Origin: Alphaproteobacteria bacterium
GTDB lineage: Bacteria > Pseudomonadota > Alphaproteobacteria > Bin95
Direction of reading: 5' to 3'
DNA: 64,000 nucleotides
Assembly (NCBI GenBank): GCA_965205265.1
Contig: CBDBGH010000003.1
Span: 608,001 to 672,000, forward strand
Of this stretch, positions 9,126 to 18,793 are shown piece by piece. The notes beneath the pieces are model-generated. The model was given only the letters and a program-made list of their open reading frames with translations, did no database searches and was not told the DNA's origin. The position numbers were made by a program, and so were the translations under genes. The number at the start of each line of letters is the position of its first letter. Position 1 is the first letter of the stretch.

Positions 9126-10799
9126 GTGCCGGAAGAAGCGGTGAAGCAGCGCCGGCGGGGGCGCACGCAGCCCAAGGGGCGCCAGGTCGAGCCCGAAGCG
9201 CTGGCGGAGATGCGGGCGCTGCTGGGCGAGGCGCCGCGCGAGCGGGAGTTCCTGATCGAATATCTGCATCTGGTGCAGGGCCGCTTCGGGCATCTCTCCG
9301 CGCGGCATCTGGCGGCGCTGGCGGAAGAGATGCGCCTTGCCATGGCGGAGGTCTGGGAGGTCGCGACCTTCTACGCCCATCTCGACACGGTGAAGGAAGG
9401 CGAGGAGGCGCCGCCGGCGCTCACGCTCCGCGTCTGCGACAGCCTCTCATGTGAGTTGGCGGGCGCGCCGGCGCTGCTGGAGTCGCTGCGCACGGCCTTC
9501 CCGGAGGCGAGGGTCGTCACCGCGCCCTGCATGGGCCGCTGCGACTGCGCGCCGGTCGTCGAGGCGGGGCACCGGCATGTGGACGAAGCCACGCCGGAGA
9601 CGGTGCGCGCGGCTGTTCTTGGAAGCCGCGTCGGCGCGGCTGTTGCGGACAAGTCGGAGCATGCCGCTCCGGCAGCGGCGGCAGGAGACTACGCACAGTT
9701 CCGCGCCTGCTTCGAAGGCCGGCGGAGCCGCGAGGAGGTGACGGCCGAAATAGAAGCGGCGGGCCTGCGCGGCATGGGCGGCGCGGGCTTCCCGAGCGCG
9801 CGCAAATGGGGCTTCGTGCGCGCGGGGCCGAAGCCGCGCCACCTGGCCGTCAATGCCGACGAGGGCGAGCCCGGCACCTTCAAGGACCGCCATTTCCTGG
9901 AGACAGCGCCGGCCGCCGTGCTGGAGGGCGCGCTGATCGCCGCCTGGGCGGTCGAGGCGGACACGGTCACGATCTACCTTCGCGACGAATACCCGGATGC
10001 GCGGGAGATCATGGCAGCAGAGATCGCGCGGCTGGGAGACCTCGCGCCGCCCGGCGGCGTGCATTTGCGCCGGGGCGCGGGCGCCTATATCTGCGGCGAA
10101 GAGTCGGCGATGATCGAGAGCATCGAGGGCAAGCGCGGCCTGCCGCGCCACCGGCCGCCCTATGTAGCCCAGGTCGGCCTGCACGGGCGGCCGACGCTCG
10201 TCCACAATGTCGAGACGCTCTACTGGATGCCGGCGATCCTGGAGCGGGGCGCGGCCTGGTTCGCGGAAACGGGGCGGCATGGCGGCAAGGGCTGGCGGGC
10301 CTATTCCGTCTCCGGCCGGGTGAAAGAGCCGGGCGTCAAGATCGTGCCCGCCGGCGTCACCGCGCGCGAGCTGATCGAGGAGTTCTCCGGCGGCATGGCG
10401 GACGGCCGCGCGTTCAAGGCCTATCTGCCGGGCGGCGCCTCGGGCGGCATATTGCCGGCGCGCCTCGCCGACATCCCGCTCGATTTCGGCAAGCTGGAGC
10501 TGCACGGATGCTTCACCGGCTCGGGCGCGGTGGTGGTGCTGGCGGAAGGCGACGACATCGGGGCTGCGGCGCTCAACCTCATGCGCTTCTTCGCCTATGA
10601 GAGCTGCGGGCAATGCACCCCTTGCCGCGTCGGCACGGAGAAGGCCGCGCTGCTGATGGCCGAGCCCGCCTGGGACCGCGACGTGCTGGAGGACCTCGCC
10701 GCCGTCATGGCCGATGCCTCCATCTGCGGCCTCGGCCAGGCCGCCCCCAACCCGCTGCGCTGCGCCATGAAATACTTCCCGGAGGACGTGGGGCTCTGA
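9126..10799 (+). CDS. NuoE/NuoF-like fusion flavoprotein (NAD-dependent formate dehydrogenase beta-subunit type)
   Basis: N-terminal 2Fe-2S 'VCDSLSC...PCMGRC', FMN 'GLRGMGGAGFP', 'NADEGEPGTFKDR', 'GAGAYICGEE', 4Fe-4S 'ESCGQCTPCR...SICGLG'. Confidence 0.88.
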   Translation: MPEEAVKQRRRGRTQPKGRQVEPEALAEMRALLGEAPREREFLIEYLHLVQGRFGHLSARHLAALAEEMRLAMAEVWEVATFYAHLDTVKEGEEAPPALTLRVCDSLSCELAGAPALLESLRTAFPEARVVTAPCMGRCDCAPVVEAGHRHVDEATPETVRAAVLGSRVGAAVADKSEHAAPAAAAGDYAQFRACFEGRRSREEVTAEIEAAGLRGMGGAGFPSARKWGFVRAGPKPRHLAVNADEGEPGTFKDRHFLETAPAAVLEGALIAAWAVEADTVTIYLRDEYPDAREIMAAEIARLGDLAPPGGVHLRRGAGAYICGEESAMIESIEGKRGLPRHRPPYVAQVGLHGRPTLVHNVETLYWMPAILERGAAWFAETGRHGGKGWRAYSVSGRVKEPGVKIVPAGVTARELIEEFSGGMADGRAFKAYLPGGASGGILPARLADIPLDFGKLELHGCFTGSGAVVVLAEGDDIGAAALNLMRFFAYESCGQCTPCRVGTEKAALLMAEPAWDRDVLEDLAAVMADASICGLGQAAPNPLRCAMKYFPEDVGL

Positions 10800-11032
10800 C
10801 AGACCGTTTGAGAATGGCGTCTATACGGGATCCGGTCCGGTTCCGTAATGCCCGAACGTCCCCCTTCGTCATGCCCGGACTTGTTCCGGGCATCCACTTT
10901 GGCCGCCGCAATGGCCCCCGAGGGAGATGCCCGGAACAAGTCCGGGCATGACGGGAAAAGGATCGGGGTAACGCCTTCGGTCCTGCCTCGAACCCCCCGG
11001 ATACCGTAAATGGTCAATTCTCAAACGGTCGC
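10800..11032. mobile_element. MITE family A with an internal REP hairpin pair
   Basis: TIR GACCGTTTGAGAAT / ATTCTCAAACGGTC; flanked by TGA on both sides (10797-10799, 11033-11035); internal inverted GTCATGCCCGGACTTGTTCCGGGCATC pair; second copy starts at 18449. Confidence 0.8.
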
Positions 11033-11049
11033 TGAGAGGGGCTCGCAGC

Positions 11050-11187
11050 TCAGGGAATCAGCTTGGCGGCGGCAATCGTTATGCCGGCAATTGCGATAGC
11101 GATGGCATAGAGCCTGTAGGTCAAGCGCCGTTCGAATTCTGCGAGGTCCGCCTTCGTCGCGGGGTCTTCCAACCCTACTTGAGTCAC
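11050..11187 (-). CDS. Small membrane-anchored protein, DUF1640/CCDC90-like (possibly a fragment)
   Basis: AGAGGA RBS and GTG start; 'PATKADLAEFERRL' followed by one C-terminal TM helix. Confidence 0.5.
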   Translation of the reverse strand: MTQVGLEDPATKADLAEFERRLTYRLYAIAIAIAGITIAAAKLIP

Positions 11188-11198
11188 TGTCCTCTTTT

Positions 11199-12881
11199 CT
11201 ACCCCCGCGTGAGCGGTTTGTAGCGGATGCGGTGGGGGTTGTCGGCTTCCGCACCGAGGCGGCGGCGGCGGTCGGCCTCGTAGTCGGCGTAATTGCCCTC
11301 GAACCACTCCACATGGCTGTCGCCCTCGAAGGCGAGGATGTGGGTCGCGATCCGGTCCAGGAACCAGCGGTCGTGGCTGATGACCAGCACCGAGCCGGCA
11401 AACGCCAGCAGCGCCTCCTCCAGCGAGCGCAGGGTCTCGACGTCGAGGTCGTTGGTCGGCTCGTCCAGCAGCAGCAGGTTGGCGCCGGACTTGAGCATCT
11501 TGGCGAGATGGACCCGGTTGCGCTCGCCGCCGGAGAGCGAGCCCACCTTCTTCTGCTGGTCCGGGCCCTTGAAGTTGAAGGTGGAGACATAGGCCCGGCT
11601 CGCCACCTCGCGCCCGCCGAGCGCAACCGTGTCGAGTCCGCCCGAAATCTCCTCCCAGACCGTCCTGTCGGGCGCAAGCGCCTCGCGGCTCTGGTCCACC
11701 GCGCCGATCTTCACCGTCTCGCCGACGCGCAGAACGCCGGCATCCGGCGCCTCCTCGCCGGTCAGCATGCGGAAGAGCGTCGTCTTGCCGGCGCCGTTCG
11801 GCCCGATCACACCGACAATGCCCGCGGGCGGCAGGCGGAAGGAAACGCCCTCCATCAGCAGCCGGTCGCCGAAGGCCTTGGCGACGCCCTTGGCCTCGAT
11901 CACCACATCGCCCAGCCTCGGCCCCGGCGGAATGACGATCTCGGCCGTGTCGAGCGCCCGGCGCTGGCCCTCGGCCAGCAACTCCTCATAGGCCCGGAGC
12001 CGCGCCCGGCTCTTGGCCTGCCGGGCGCGCGGGCTCTGGCGGACCCATTCCAGCTCGCGCTGCAGCACCTTGCGCCGCGCGCTCTCCTGCTTCTCCTCCA
12101 GCGCGAGGCGGCGCTCCTTCTGCTCCAGCCAGGAGGAGTAGTTGCCCTCGAACGGCACGCCGCGACCGCGGTCCAGCTCCAGGATCCAGCCGGCGACATT
12201 GTCGAGGAAGTAGCGGTCATGGGTGACGGCCACCACCGTGCCTTCGTATTGCTCCAGGAAGCGCTCCAGCCAGGCGACGCTCTCCGCGTCCAGATGGTTG
12301 GTCGGCTCGTCCAGCAACAGCAGGTCGGGCCGCGAGAGCAGCAGGCGGCAGAGCGCGACCCGCCGCCTCTCGCCGCCGGAGAGCCGGCTTGTGTCGGCGT
12401 CGCCGGGCGGGCAGCGCAGCGCATCCATCGCGATTTCGACCGTGCGCTCCAGCTCCCAGCCGTTGGCCGCGTCGATCCGCTCCTGCAGTTCGCCCTGCTC
12501 CTCGATCAGCGCGTCCATCTCGTCGGCGGTCAGCTCCTCGGCGAAACGCGCGCTCACTTCGTTGAAGCGCTCCAGCAGCCGGGCCGTCTCCGCCACGCCC
12601 TGCATGACATTGCCCATCACGTCGCGGCCGGGGTCGAGCTCCGGCTCCTGCGGCAGATAGCCGACCCGCGCGCCGTCCGCGGCCCGCGCCTCGCCATCGA
12701 ATTCGGTCTCGATGCCGGCCATGATGCGCATGAGCGTGGATTTGCCGGCCCCGTTCGGTCCGAGCACGCCGATCTTGGCGCCCGGCAGGAAGGCGAGGCG
12801 GATATTGTCGAGCACCTTGCGCCCGCCCGGATAAGCCTTGGCGAGCCCGTGCATTACATAGACATACCGGTAGGAAGCCAT
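11199..12881 (-). CDS. ettA: Energy-dependent translational throttle protein (ABC-F)
   Basis: Two ABC domains, '[16 protein letters not shown]', '[19 protein letters not shown]', C-terminal 'PHRIRYKPL'. Confidence 0.95.
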   Translation of the reverse strand: MASYRYVYVMHGLAKAYPGGRKVLDNIRLAFLPGAKIGVLGPNGAGKSTLMRIMAGIETEFDGEARAADGARVGYLPQEPELDPGRDVMGNVMQGVAETARLLERFNEVSARFAEELTADEMDALIEEQGELQERIDAANGWELERTVEIAMDALRCPPGDADTSRLSGGERRRVALCRLLLSRPDLLLLDEPTNHLDAESVAWLERFLEQYEGTVVAVTHDRYFLDNVAGWILELDRGRGVPFEGNYSSWLEQKERRLALEEKQESARRKVLQRELEWVRQSPRARQAKSRARLRAYEELLAEGQRRALDTAEIVIPPGPRLGDVVIEAKGVAKAFGDRLLMEGVSFRLPPAGIVGVIGPNGAGKTTLFRMLTGEEAPDAGVLRVGETVKIGAVDQSREALAPDRTVWEEISGGLDTVALGGREVASRAYVSTFNFKGPDQQKKVGSLSGGERNRVHLAKMLKSGANLLLLDEPTNDLDVETLRSLEEALLAFAGSVLVISHDRWFLDRIATHILAFEGDSHVEWFEGNYADYEADRRRRLGAEADNPHRIRYKPLTRG

Positions 12882-12971
12882 GGCGCCGCTCATACCCCGC
12901 CGCCGGCTTCGCTGCAACGCGCCGGCGGCGACGGGCTATACTCCGGCGCGATGCAGGAGAGGAGATGGGTC

Positions 12972-13388
12972 ATGGATCTCCCGTTCGGCGGCGGCTGCGC
13001 GTGCGGCACCATACGCTACGAATGTTCCGGCGCGCCGGTCTATATGGGTAACTGCCACTGCCGGGACTGCCAGCAGGCCACGGGCAGCGCCTTTTTCCCG
13101 GCTGTGGCGGTCCGGGAGCGGGAGTTCAGCCTGCTCGGCGGCGCGCCCGCCTGGTTCGAAAGGCCCGCGGACCGGGGCCACCCCATGCGCCGCGCCTTCT
13201 GCCCCGAATGCGGCTCCCCGGTGTTCCTGATAAACGGGGCGTCCGAGTCGGTGCGGGTGCTCTATGCGGGAAGCCTCGACGATCCGGGCTGGTACCGGCC
13301 GAGCCGGGACATCTTCGTGGGCAGCGCGCAGCCCTGGTGCCCGATGGACCCCGGCCTCCCCAAGGACAGGGGCATGCCGGGAGGATAA
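12972..13388 (+). CDS. GFA (Mss4-like Zn-binding) family protein
   Basis: 'GGCACGTIRY', 'CHCRDCQ' and 'FCPECGS' motifs. Confidence 0.9.
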   Translation: MDLPFGGGCACGTIRYECSGAPVYMGNCHCRDCQQATGSAFFPAVAVREREFSLLGGAPAWFERPADRGHPMRRAFCPECGSPVFLINGASESVRVLYAGSLDDPGWYRPSRDIFVGSAQPWCPMDPGLPKDRGMPGG

Positions 13389-13397
13389 GCCCGGCCC

Positions 13398-13850
13398 TCA
13401 GGCGGCCCTCGCCCGCTGGCGCTCCAGGCCGCGGGCGAAATTGTCGAGCGTGATCTTGCGGTCGAGCGTGAGGTCCTCGCGGAGGATGTCATAGACGTCG
13501 CCCTCCACCGCCTGCATGGAGAGCAGGATGATCGCGCCCTCCGGCCCGCCGCCCTCGACATGGGTCTCGTCGCCCCGGTTTTCGGAGAAGGTCCCGGCCG
13601 GGCGGATGTCGGGCGCTCCCGGCGCGCCGTCCGGCCCCGGCCTGTAGATGCGGTGCTCGCCTTCGAGCACCAGCGTCTTGGTGACGCCGACATGAGTGTG
13701 CGGCACGCAGTTGGTGTCGGGATCGAACTTCATCAGCATATCGACCCGGTTCAGCTCCCGGTCCACGCTCAGGATCGAATAGTAGAGGCCCTCGAAGCCG
13801 TTGAACGGCGCCCAGTCGATGGCGCGGTCGTCGAACCTGTATGCGGTCAT
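13398..13850 (-). CDS. Cupin-fold (ChrR-like) protein
   Basis: 'PHTHVGVTKTLVLEGEH' and 'THVEGGG' cupin motifs. Confidence 0.7.
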   Translation of the reverse strand: MTAYRFDDRAIDWAPFNGFEGLYYSILSVDRELNRVDMLMKFDPDTNCVPHTHVGVTKTLVLEGEHRIYRPGPDGAPGAPDIRPAGTFSENRGDETHVEGGGPEGAIILLSMQAVEGDVYDILREDLTLDRKITLDNFARGLERQRARAA

Positions 13851-14007
13851 GGCAAGCTGTCTCTGCTGGCGGGGAATCTCCCGACAATAGAGCGCAGGAA
13901 CGGCCCAAAAGGAAGGGCGGCGCGGGTGTCCGGACGCAACGCGGGGCCGAAACCGCAGCGGGAGGTGCGGGCTAGTGCAGTGTCCGTTCATGTTGAACCG
14001 GAGCGGC

Positions 14008-14168
14008 AGCCGCCCTTCGATACGCGCCCGCTGGCGCGGGCGCTACTCAGGGTGAGGGACAGGAGGAAGCGGTGCGGGGCTGCTCAGGGTGAGGGAAAGA
14101 AGGAAGGCAGAGCTCCGAAAATTCCCTCATCCCGAGTAGCGGCGCCAGCCGCGTATCGAGGGACGGCT
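14008..14168. repeat. REP-like inverted pair (second family)
   Basis: CCCTTCGATACGC..GCTACTCAGGGTGAGGG and its near inverse CCCTCATCCCGAGTAGC..GCGTATCGAGGG. Confidence 0.7.
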
Positions 14169-14200
14169 CGATTTCCGTTTCAGACTGAACGGGTCCCGCT

Positions 14201-14443
14201 CTAAAGGGAGGCGTTCCGCAGGGGCTCCGCGTCCCGCGTCGGCAGGTCATCGTCTTCCAGCCCCGAGGCGAGCAGCAAATGCCCGAATGACGGGACGCGG
14301 CTAAGGCGGTTCCATTCGTCGATTCCCACGAGGACCGCCCGGGGCTTGCCGCGGCTGGCGATGATGGAGCCTTCACCCCGCGCCGCATCTTCGACCAAGG
14401 ACGACAAGGCAGCCCGTGCCTCACGCAACCGAATCAATCGCAT
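14201..14443 (-). CDS. Phd/YefM family antitoxin (no adjacent toxin)
   Basis: 'LREARAALSSLVEDAARGE..IASRGKPRAVLV'; AAAGGA RBS. Confidence 0.85.
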   Translation of the reverse strand: MRLIRLREARAALSSLVEDAARGEGSIIASRGKPRAVLVGIDEWNRLSRVPSFGHLLLASGLEDDDLPTRDAEPLRNASL

Positions 14444-14598
14444 AGCGGTCCTTTCGTGACAGATACGGCGACGCTAAAGGAAAGTTTGGGCGCTGAGCAA
14501 CGCCCGTTCCACCGTCCGCCGGCAAAGTGCCGTGCCTGTGGACCGAACCGGCCCGGCGCGCGACCATGCCTCCTGCGCTGCTGCGCCGGGGGGTGTCG

Positions 14599-15129
14599 AT
14601 GCCCGAGAGAATGGGTTTCCTGCTGAAGCCGCTGGCCATGCTGTCGCTCCTGTTTTCGGGGGCGATGTTCGGCTTCTTCTTCGCCTGGGTGTGCTCGACC
14701 ATGTGGGGGCTGGACGCGGCGGACCCCAATACTGCCATCGCCGCCATGCAGGCCATGAATGCGAGCGTGCGCAACTGGGTCTTCGCGCCGGCCTTCTTCG
14801 GCACGCCCGTGCTGCTGATCTTCACGGCGCTGGCCGCCCTGAGGGCCGGGGAGCGGCGGGCCGCAACCGGCTTCGCGCTTGCCGGCCTCCTCTATGTGCT
14901 GGGCGCGATGGTTCCGACGATGACCGTCAACGTGCCGTTGAACGAGGCGCTGGCGCTGGTGGAGACGCCGCTCGGCGCTGCAGAAGCCGGCGATGCGTGG
15001 CGGGCCTATTCCGGGCCCTGGCAGGCCTGGAACGCCGTTCGCGCCGTGGCCGCCGGCTTCGTCCTCGCGCTGGCGGGCTGGAGCCTCCGGGGCGCGGGCG
15101 CCTGTCCGGTCAGGCGCGCCGGCGGATGA
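14599..15129 (+). CDS. DUF1772 / anthrone oxygenase family membrane protein
   Basis: 'AIAAMQAMNASVRN', 'TMTVNVPLNEAL', 'WQAWNAVR'. Confidence 0.85.
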   Translation: MPERMGFLLKPLAMLSLLFSGAMFGFFFAWVCSTMWGLDAADPNTAIAAMQAMNASVRNWVFAPAFFGTPVLLIFTALAALRAGERRAATGFALAGLLYVLGAMVPTMTVNVPLNEALALVETPLGAAEAGDAWRAYSGPWQAWNAVRAVAAGFVLALAGWSLRGAGACPVRRAGG

Positions 15130-15958
15130 GCCAGACGCCGGCCATGGTGAGCGCGAAGCCGGGCCACATGGCGGCCGGAAGGTCCTCGCCGAGAAAGGTC
15201 CAGGCGAGCAGCGCGGTCACCCCCGGCACCAAGTAGAAGTTGGATGCGGCGCGGCCGGCCTCGCCCTGGCGCAGCATGTAGAGCAGCAGCGCCATGGCGC
15301 CGAGCGAGACGCCGAAGGTGAGATAGGCGAGCGCGGCCACCATGCCGGGCGTCCAGACGGCGTGCGGCGTCTCGAACGCCCAGGTGAACGCCCATGCCGC
15401 GGCCGCCGCCGAGGCAAGCTGCACCGTATTGGCCCCGATGAGCGGCGCGTCGCGGCAGAAGCGCGCATGGTAGAGCGTGCCGGCGGTGAGCGCGGCGATG
15501 GAGCCGACGGCCCAGGCGATGCCAGCAGGCCGGCCGAGGTCGAAGGCGCCGATGCCCGCCACCAGCGCGACGCCGCCCGCGCCCAGCAGGAAGCCGGCCC
15601 ACTGCCGGCCCCGGAAGCGTTCGCCGAGCAGGGGGCCGGCCATGAGCGCCGTCGCAATCGGGTGCAGCGCGCCGATCAGCGCCATGGTGGCGCCGCGGAT
15701 TTCGGTCATGGCGAGATAGGCGCCGCCCAGATAGACGGCGTTGATGACGGCGCCCGACAACGCCAGATGGGCCAGCCCGGAGAGGCCCGGCCGCCAGTTC
15801 CGCACGACGAACGCCGCAGCGAGCGCCAGCACTGCCGCGGCGACGGTGAAGCGGATCGCCAGAAAGTAGAACGGCGTGATGTCCGGCAGGCCGGCGCGGA
15901 CTGCGACGAACGCGCCGGACCAGATCAGGACGAAGAGGAACGGGGCGAAGCGGGTCAG
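15110..15958 (-). CDS. DMT/EamA family transporter (probable CTG start)
   Basis: About 10 TM segments, 'FVLIWSGAFVA', 'LLGERF', 'FYLVPGVTALLAWTFLGE'. Confidence 0.85.
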   Translation of the reverse strand: MTRFAPFLFVLIWSGAFVAVRAGLPDITPFYFLAIRFTVAAAVLALAAAFVVRNWRPGLSGLAHLALSGAVINAVYLGGAYLAMTEIRGATMALIGALHPIATALMAGPLLGERFRGRQWAGFLLGAGGVALVAGIGAFDLGRPAGIAWAVGSIAALTAGTLYHARFCRDAPLIGANTVQLASAAAAAWAFTWAFETPHAVWTPGMVAALAYLTFGVSLGAMALLLYMLRQGEAGRAASNFYLVPGVTALLAWTFLGEDLPAAMWPGFALTMAGVWLIRRRA

Positions 15959-16716
15959 CTTGCGCTGTCCTCGATCACCTCGCCGCCGAGTTCCTCGACG
16001 CAGGCGTAGATTTCGGTTGCCGCCGCGTCGATGCGCGCGCGGTCCGCCCCGCGCACGACCAGCGCGACGCCGGTGCCCTTGTCGGTGTTGTAGAAGGGGT
16101 AGGAGCCGAGGTCGAGTTCCGGGAAGCGCTGCTGCACCGCGCCCAGACCCTTGGCCAGCACGCCCTCCACCAGCCGGGTCGAGAGCGACCGGGAATGGAT
16201 CACCGTGCCGCGCCGGAGCGAGGGTTTGGCGGCCTCGAACATGGACTGCATGATCTGCGGCACCCCGGCGAAGACGAACACGTTCTCCATGCGGAATCCG
16301 GGCGCGATGGACACGGCGTTGTCCACGAGCTCGGCGCCGACCGGCGTGATCGTCATGCGCTTGCGCGCCTCGGTGAATTCCTGGCCGCGCCGGTCGTACC
16401 ACTCCGCCATCCGGCGGTAGCTTTCGGGGTGGTAATGCCACTCCGTCCCGAAGGCGGCGGCGACGGATTCGGGCGTGATGTCGTCATGGGTCGGCCCGAT
16501 GCCGCCGGTGGTGAACACGTAGTCGTAGCGCGCCCTGAGCTCGTTGACGGCCCCGACGATCTCGTCGCGGATGTCGGGCACGATGCGCACTTCCGAGAGC
16601 TGGATGCCGATCTCGTTGAGGCCGTTGCCGAGAAAGGCGATGTTCCTGTCCTGGGTGCGGCCGGAGAGGATTTCGTTGCCGATGACGCAGAGTGCGGCGG
16701 TAACCGTGGGGGCCAT
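15955..16716 (-). CDS. CinA-like molybdopterin-binding protein
   Basis: 'IGNEILSGRTQDRN' and 'TTGGIGPTHDDIT'. Confidence 0.9.
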   Translation of the reverse strand: MAPTVTAALCVIGNEILSGRTQDRNIAFLGNGLNEIGIQLSEVRIVPDIRDEIVGAVNELRARYDYVFTTGGIGPTHDDITPESVAAAFGTEWHYHPESYRRMAEWYDRRGQEFTEARKRMTITPVGAELVDNAVSIAPGFRMENVFVFAGVPQIMQSMFEAAKPSLRRGTVIHSRSLSTRLVEGVLAKGLGAVQQRFPELDLGSYPFYNTDKGTGVALVVRGADRARIDAAATEIYACVEELGGEVIEDSAS

Positions 16717-16848
16717 GGAAGTCGTCCTCGGGCGGCGGGCGGGCGGAGGATAGCCCCGCCGGGCGCGCTCTTGAAGACAGCGCGGCCCGCGAGCCGAAAT
16801 GCTATGCTTGGGGCGAGCCCTTTCCGCCAGCACCCTTCGGGAGCCTCG

Positions 16849-17667
16849 ATGCAGCTCAAGCGCCAACAGACCCGCCGCCGGGAAGACGAGATCGCGATCC
16901 ATACCGAAGACGACCTTGAGGCCATGCGCAAGGCCGGGCGGCTTGCGGCGGAAGTGCTGGACCATGTGACGCCGCACGTCGTGCCGGGCGCGACGACGGA
17001 GCATCTGAATACGGTCTGCCACGAGTTCATCCTCGCCGCCGGGGCCGTGCCGGCGCCGCTCAATTACAGGGGCTTCCCGAAGTCGATCTGCACGTCGATC
17101 AACCATGTCGTCTGCCACGGCATTCCAGGCCCCCGCCGGCTGCGCGACGGCGACATCATGAATATCGACATCACCGTCGTACTCGACGGCTGGTACGGCG
17201 ACACCAGCCGCATGTTCCTGGTCGGCGAGCGCGTCGGCGTGAAGGCGCGCCGGCTCGTCTCGGCCACGCATGAGGCCTTGATGCGCGGCATCGACACGGT
17301 CCGTCCGGGCGCGCATCTCGGCGATATCGGCCACGCCATCCAGGCCTATGTCGAGCCGATGGGCTTTTCCGTGGTGCGGGATTTCTGCGGCCACGGCCTC
17401 GGGCGGGAGTTCCACCAGCCGCCGAGCGTGCTGCATTACGGCCGGCCGGGCGACGGGCCGATGCTGCGGGAAGGCATGTTCTTCACCATCGAGCCGATGA
17501 TCAATGCCGGCCGGTTCCATGTGAAGATTCTCGCGGACAACTGGACGGCCGTCACCAAGGACAAGTCGCTCTCGGCCCAGTTCGAGCACACGGTCGCCGT
17601 GGTGCCGGACGGCGTGGAAGTGCTGACCTGTTCTCCGAAGGGGTGGGACAAGCCTCCCTATGCCTGA
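16849..17667 (+). CDS. map: Type I methionine aminopeptidase
   Basis: 'SICTSINHVVCHGIP', 'GDTSRMF', 'GHGLG..FH', 'FTIEPMIN', 'SAQFEHT'. Confidence 0.97.
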   Translation: MQLKRQQTRRREDEIAIHTEDDLEAMRKAGRLAAEVLDHVTPHVVPGATTEHLNTVCHEFILAAGAVPAPLNYRGFPKSICTSINHVVCHGIPGPRRLRDGDIMNIDITVVLDGWYGDTSRMFLVGERVGVKARRLVSATHEALMRGIDTVRPGAHLGDIGHAIQAYVEPMGFSVVRDFCGHGLGREFHQPPSVLHYGRPGDGPMLREGMFFTIEPMINAGRFHVKILADNWTAVTKDKSLSAQFEHTVAVVPDGVEVLTCSPKGWDKPPYA

Positions 17668-18448
17668 CGAGCCTCGAAACGAGGGCGGCAGCAACGTCGT
17701 TCCGCTCTTCGGCTCGGCCGCGCCGGCCCGTCCGGAGCAGAGCAGGGCTCCGGAGGATGAGGAACGGCTGAAGAAACAGCAGAAAGGACACAGGCAGCGC
17801 CTGCGCCGGCATTTCCTGAAGAATCTGCGCGGCGACATCCGCATGCGGGATTACGAGTTGCTGGAGCTGCTGCTGTTCGGCGCCTATCCCCGGCGCGACG
17901 TGCAGCAGATCGCGAGGGACCTGATCGAGGCCTTCGGCTCGCTGGCGGGCGTGCTGGCCGCCGAACCGGCGGCGCTCCGCAAGGTCCGGGATGTGGGCGA
18001 GGCGGCCGTCTCGCTCATCAAGGTCGCCGAGGCGCTCGGGATCGAGCTTGCCCGCGAGGCCGCGCTCGCCGGCGAGATGCTGAACGACTACGACGCGCTC
18101 GCCGCCTATTGCCGCGCCCGCATGGGCCGACGACCGGTGGAGGAGTTCCATATCCTGTTCCTCGACAAGAGGAACCGCCTGATCCTGGACGAACGCCAGT
18201 CCAGCGGCACGATCGACCAGGCTCCGGCCTATCCCCGCGAAGTCTGCCGCCGGGCGCTCGATGTCGGCGCGGCCTCCATCATCCTGGTCCACAACCATCC
18301 AAGCGGCGACCCGACCCCGTCCGCGGCCGATGTCGAGCTCACCCGGCGCATCCAGGCGGCTGCGAAGACGCTCAATATCTCCGTGTTCGACCATCTGGTG
18401 GTCACGCGCGGCCAGATCCTGAGTTTCCGGTCCAGGGGCCTGCTCTGA
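17660..18448 (+). CDS. radC: RadC family JAB-domain protein
   Basis: 'GHRQRLR', 'DYELLELLL', 'HNHPSGDPTPSAAD'; follows map. Confidence 0.95.
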   Translation: MPDEPRNEGGSNVVPLFGSAAPARPEQSRAPEDEERLKKQQKGHRQRLRRHFLKNLRGDIRMRDYELLELLLFGAYPRRDVQQIARDLIEAFGSLAGVLAAEPAALRKVRDVGEAAVSLIKVAEALGIELAREAALAGEMLNDYDALAAYCRARMGRRPVEEFHILFLDKRNRLILDERQSSGTIDQAPAYPREVCRRALDVGAASIILVHNHPSGDPTPSAADVELTRRIQAAAKTLNISVFDHLVVTRGQILSFRSRGLL

Positions 18449-18722
18449 GAGACCGTTTGAGAACAGTGTCTATGCAAGATCCGATACGGTTCTTTCATGC
18501 CCGAACGCCTCCCCGCGTCATGCCCGGACTTGTTTCATTGTTGTCCGGTTCAGGATTTACAGGCAGGACGCATGGCTTGGATTCAACCGGATTTCGAGGG
18601 GTTCGGCGGGATCGGGACCCGGATCGAAACCCGGCGGCCCGCCCCCTAACCCTTCGGCGGACTCCCGTTCAGCCTCGCCCAACGGCTAAACCGGACAGCA
18701 ACGGAACAAGTCCGGGTATGAC
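18449..18722. mobile_element. MITE A copy (right end not found) whose REP hairpin carries a MITE B
   Basis: Starts GAGACCGTTTGAGAA directly after the radC TGA; similar to 10800-10885; REP arms at 18517-18535 and 18704-18722. Confidence 0.72.
18536..18703. mobile_element. MITE family B core (~168 bp)
   Basis: TIR CATTGTTGTCCGGTT / AACCGGACAGCAACG; closely similar, in inverse orientation, to both ends of 28222-28584. Confidence 0.8.
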
Positions 18723-18793
18723 GCTGGAGAGAAGGCGCGAAGCCTCGCAAACCTGCCGTCAACCTGTCTATATAGGCCCCAAAGATTGCGACA

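Noticed and set aside
17660-18448. radC as a marker of a mobile or anti-restriction element
   Set aside because: Full-length chromosomal type in the usual map-radC context.
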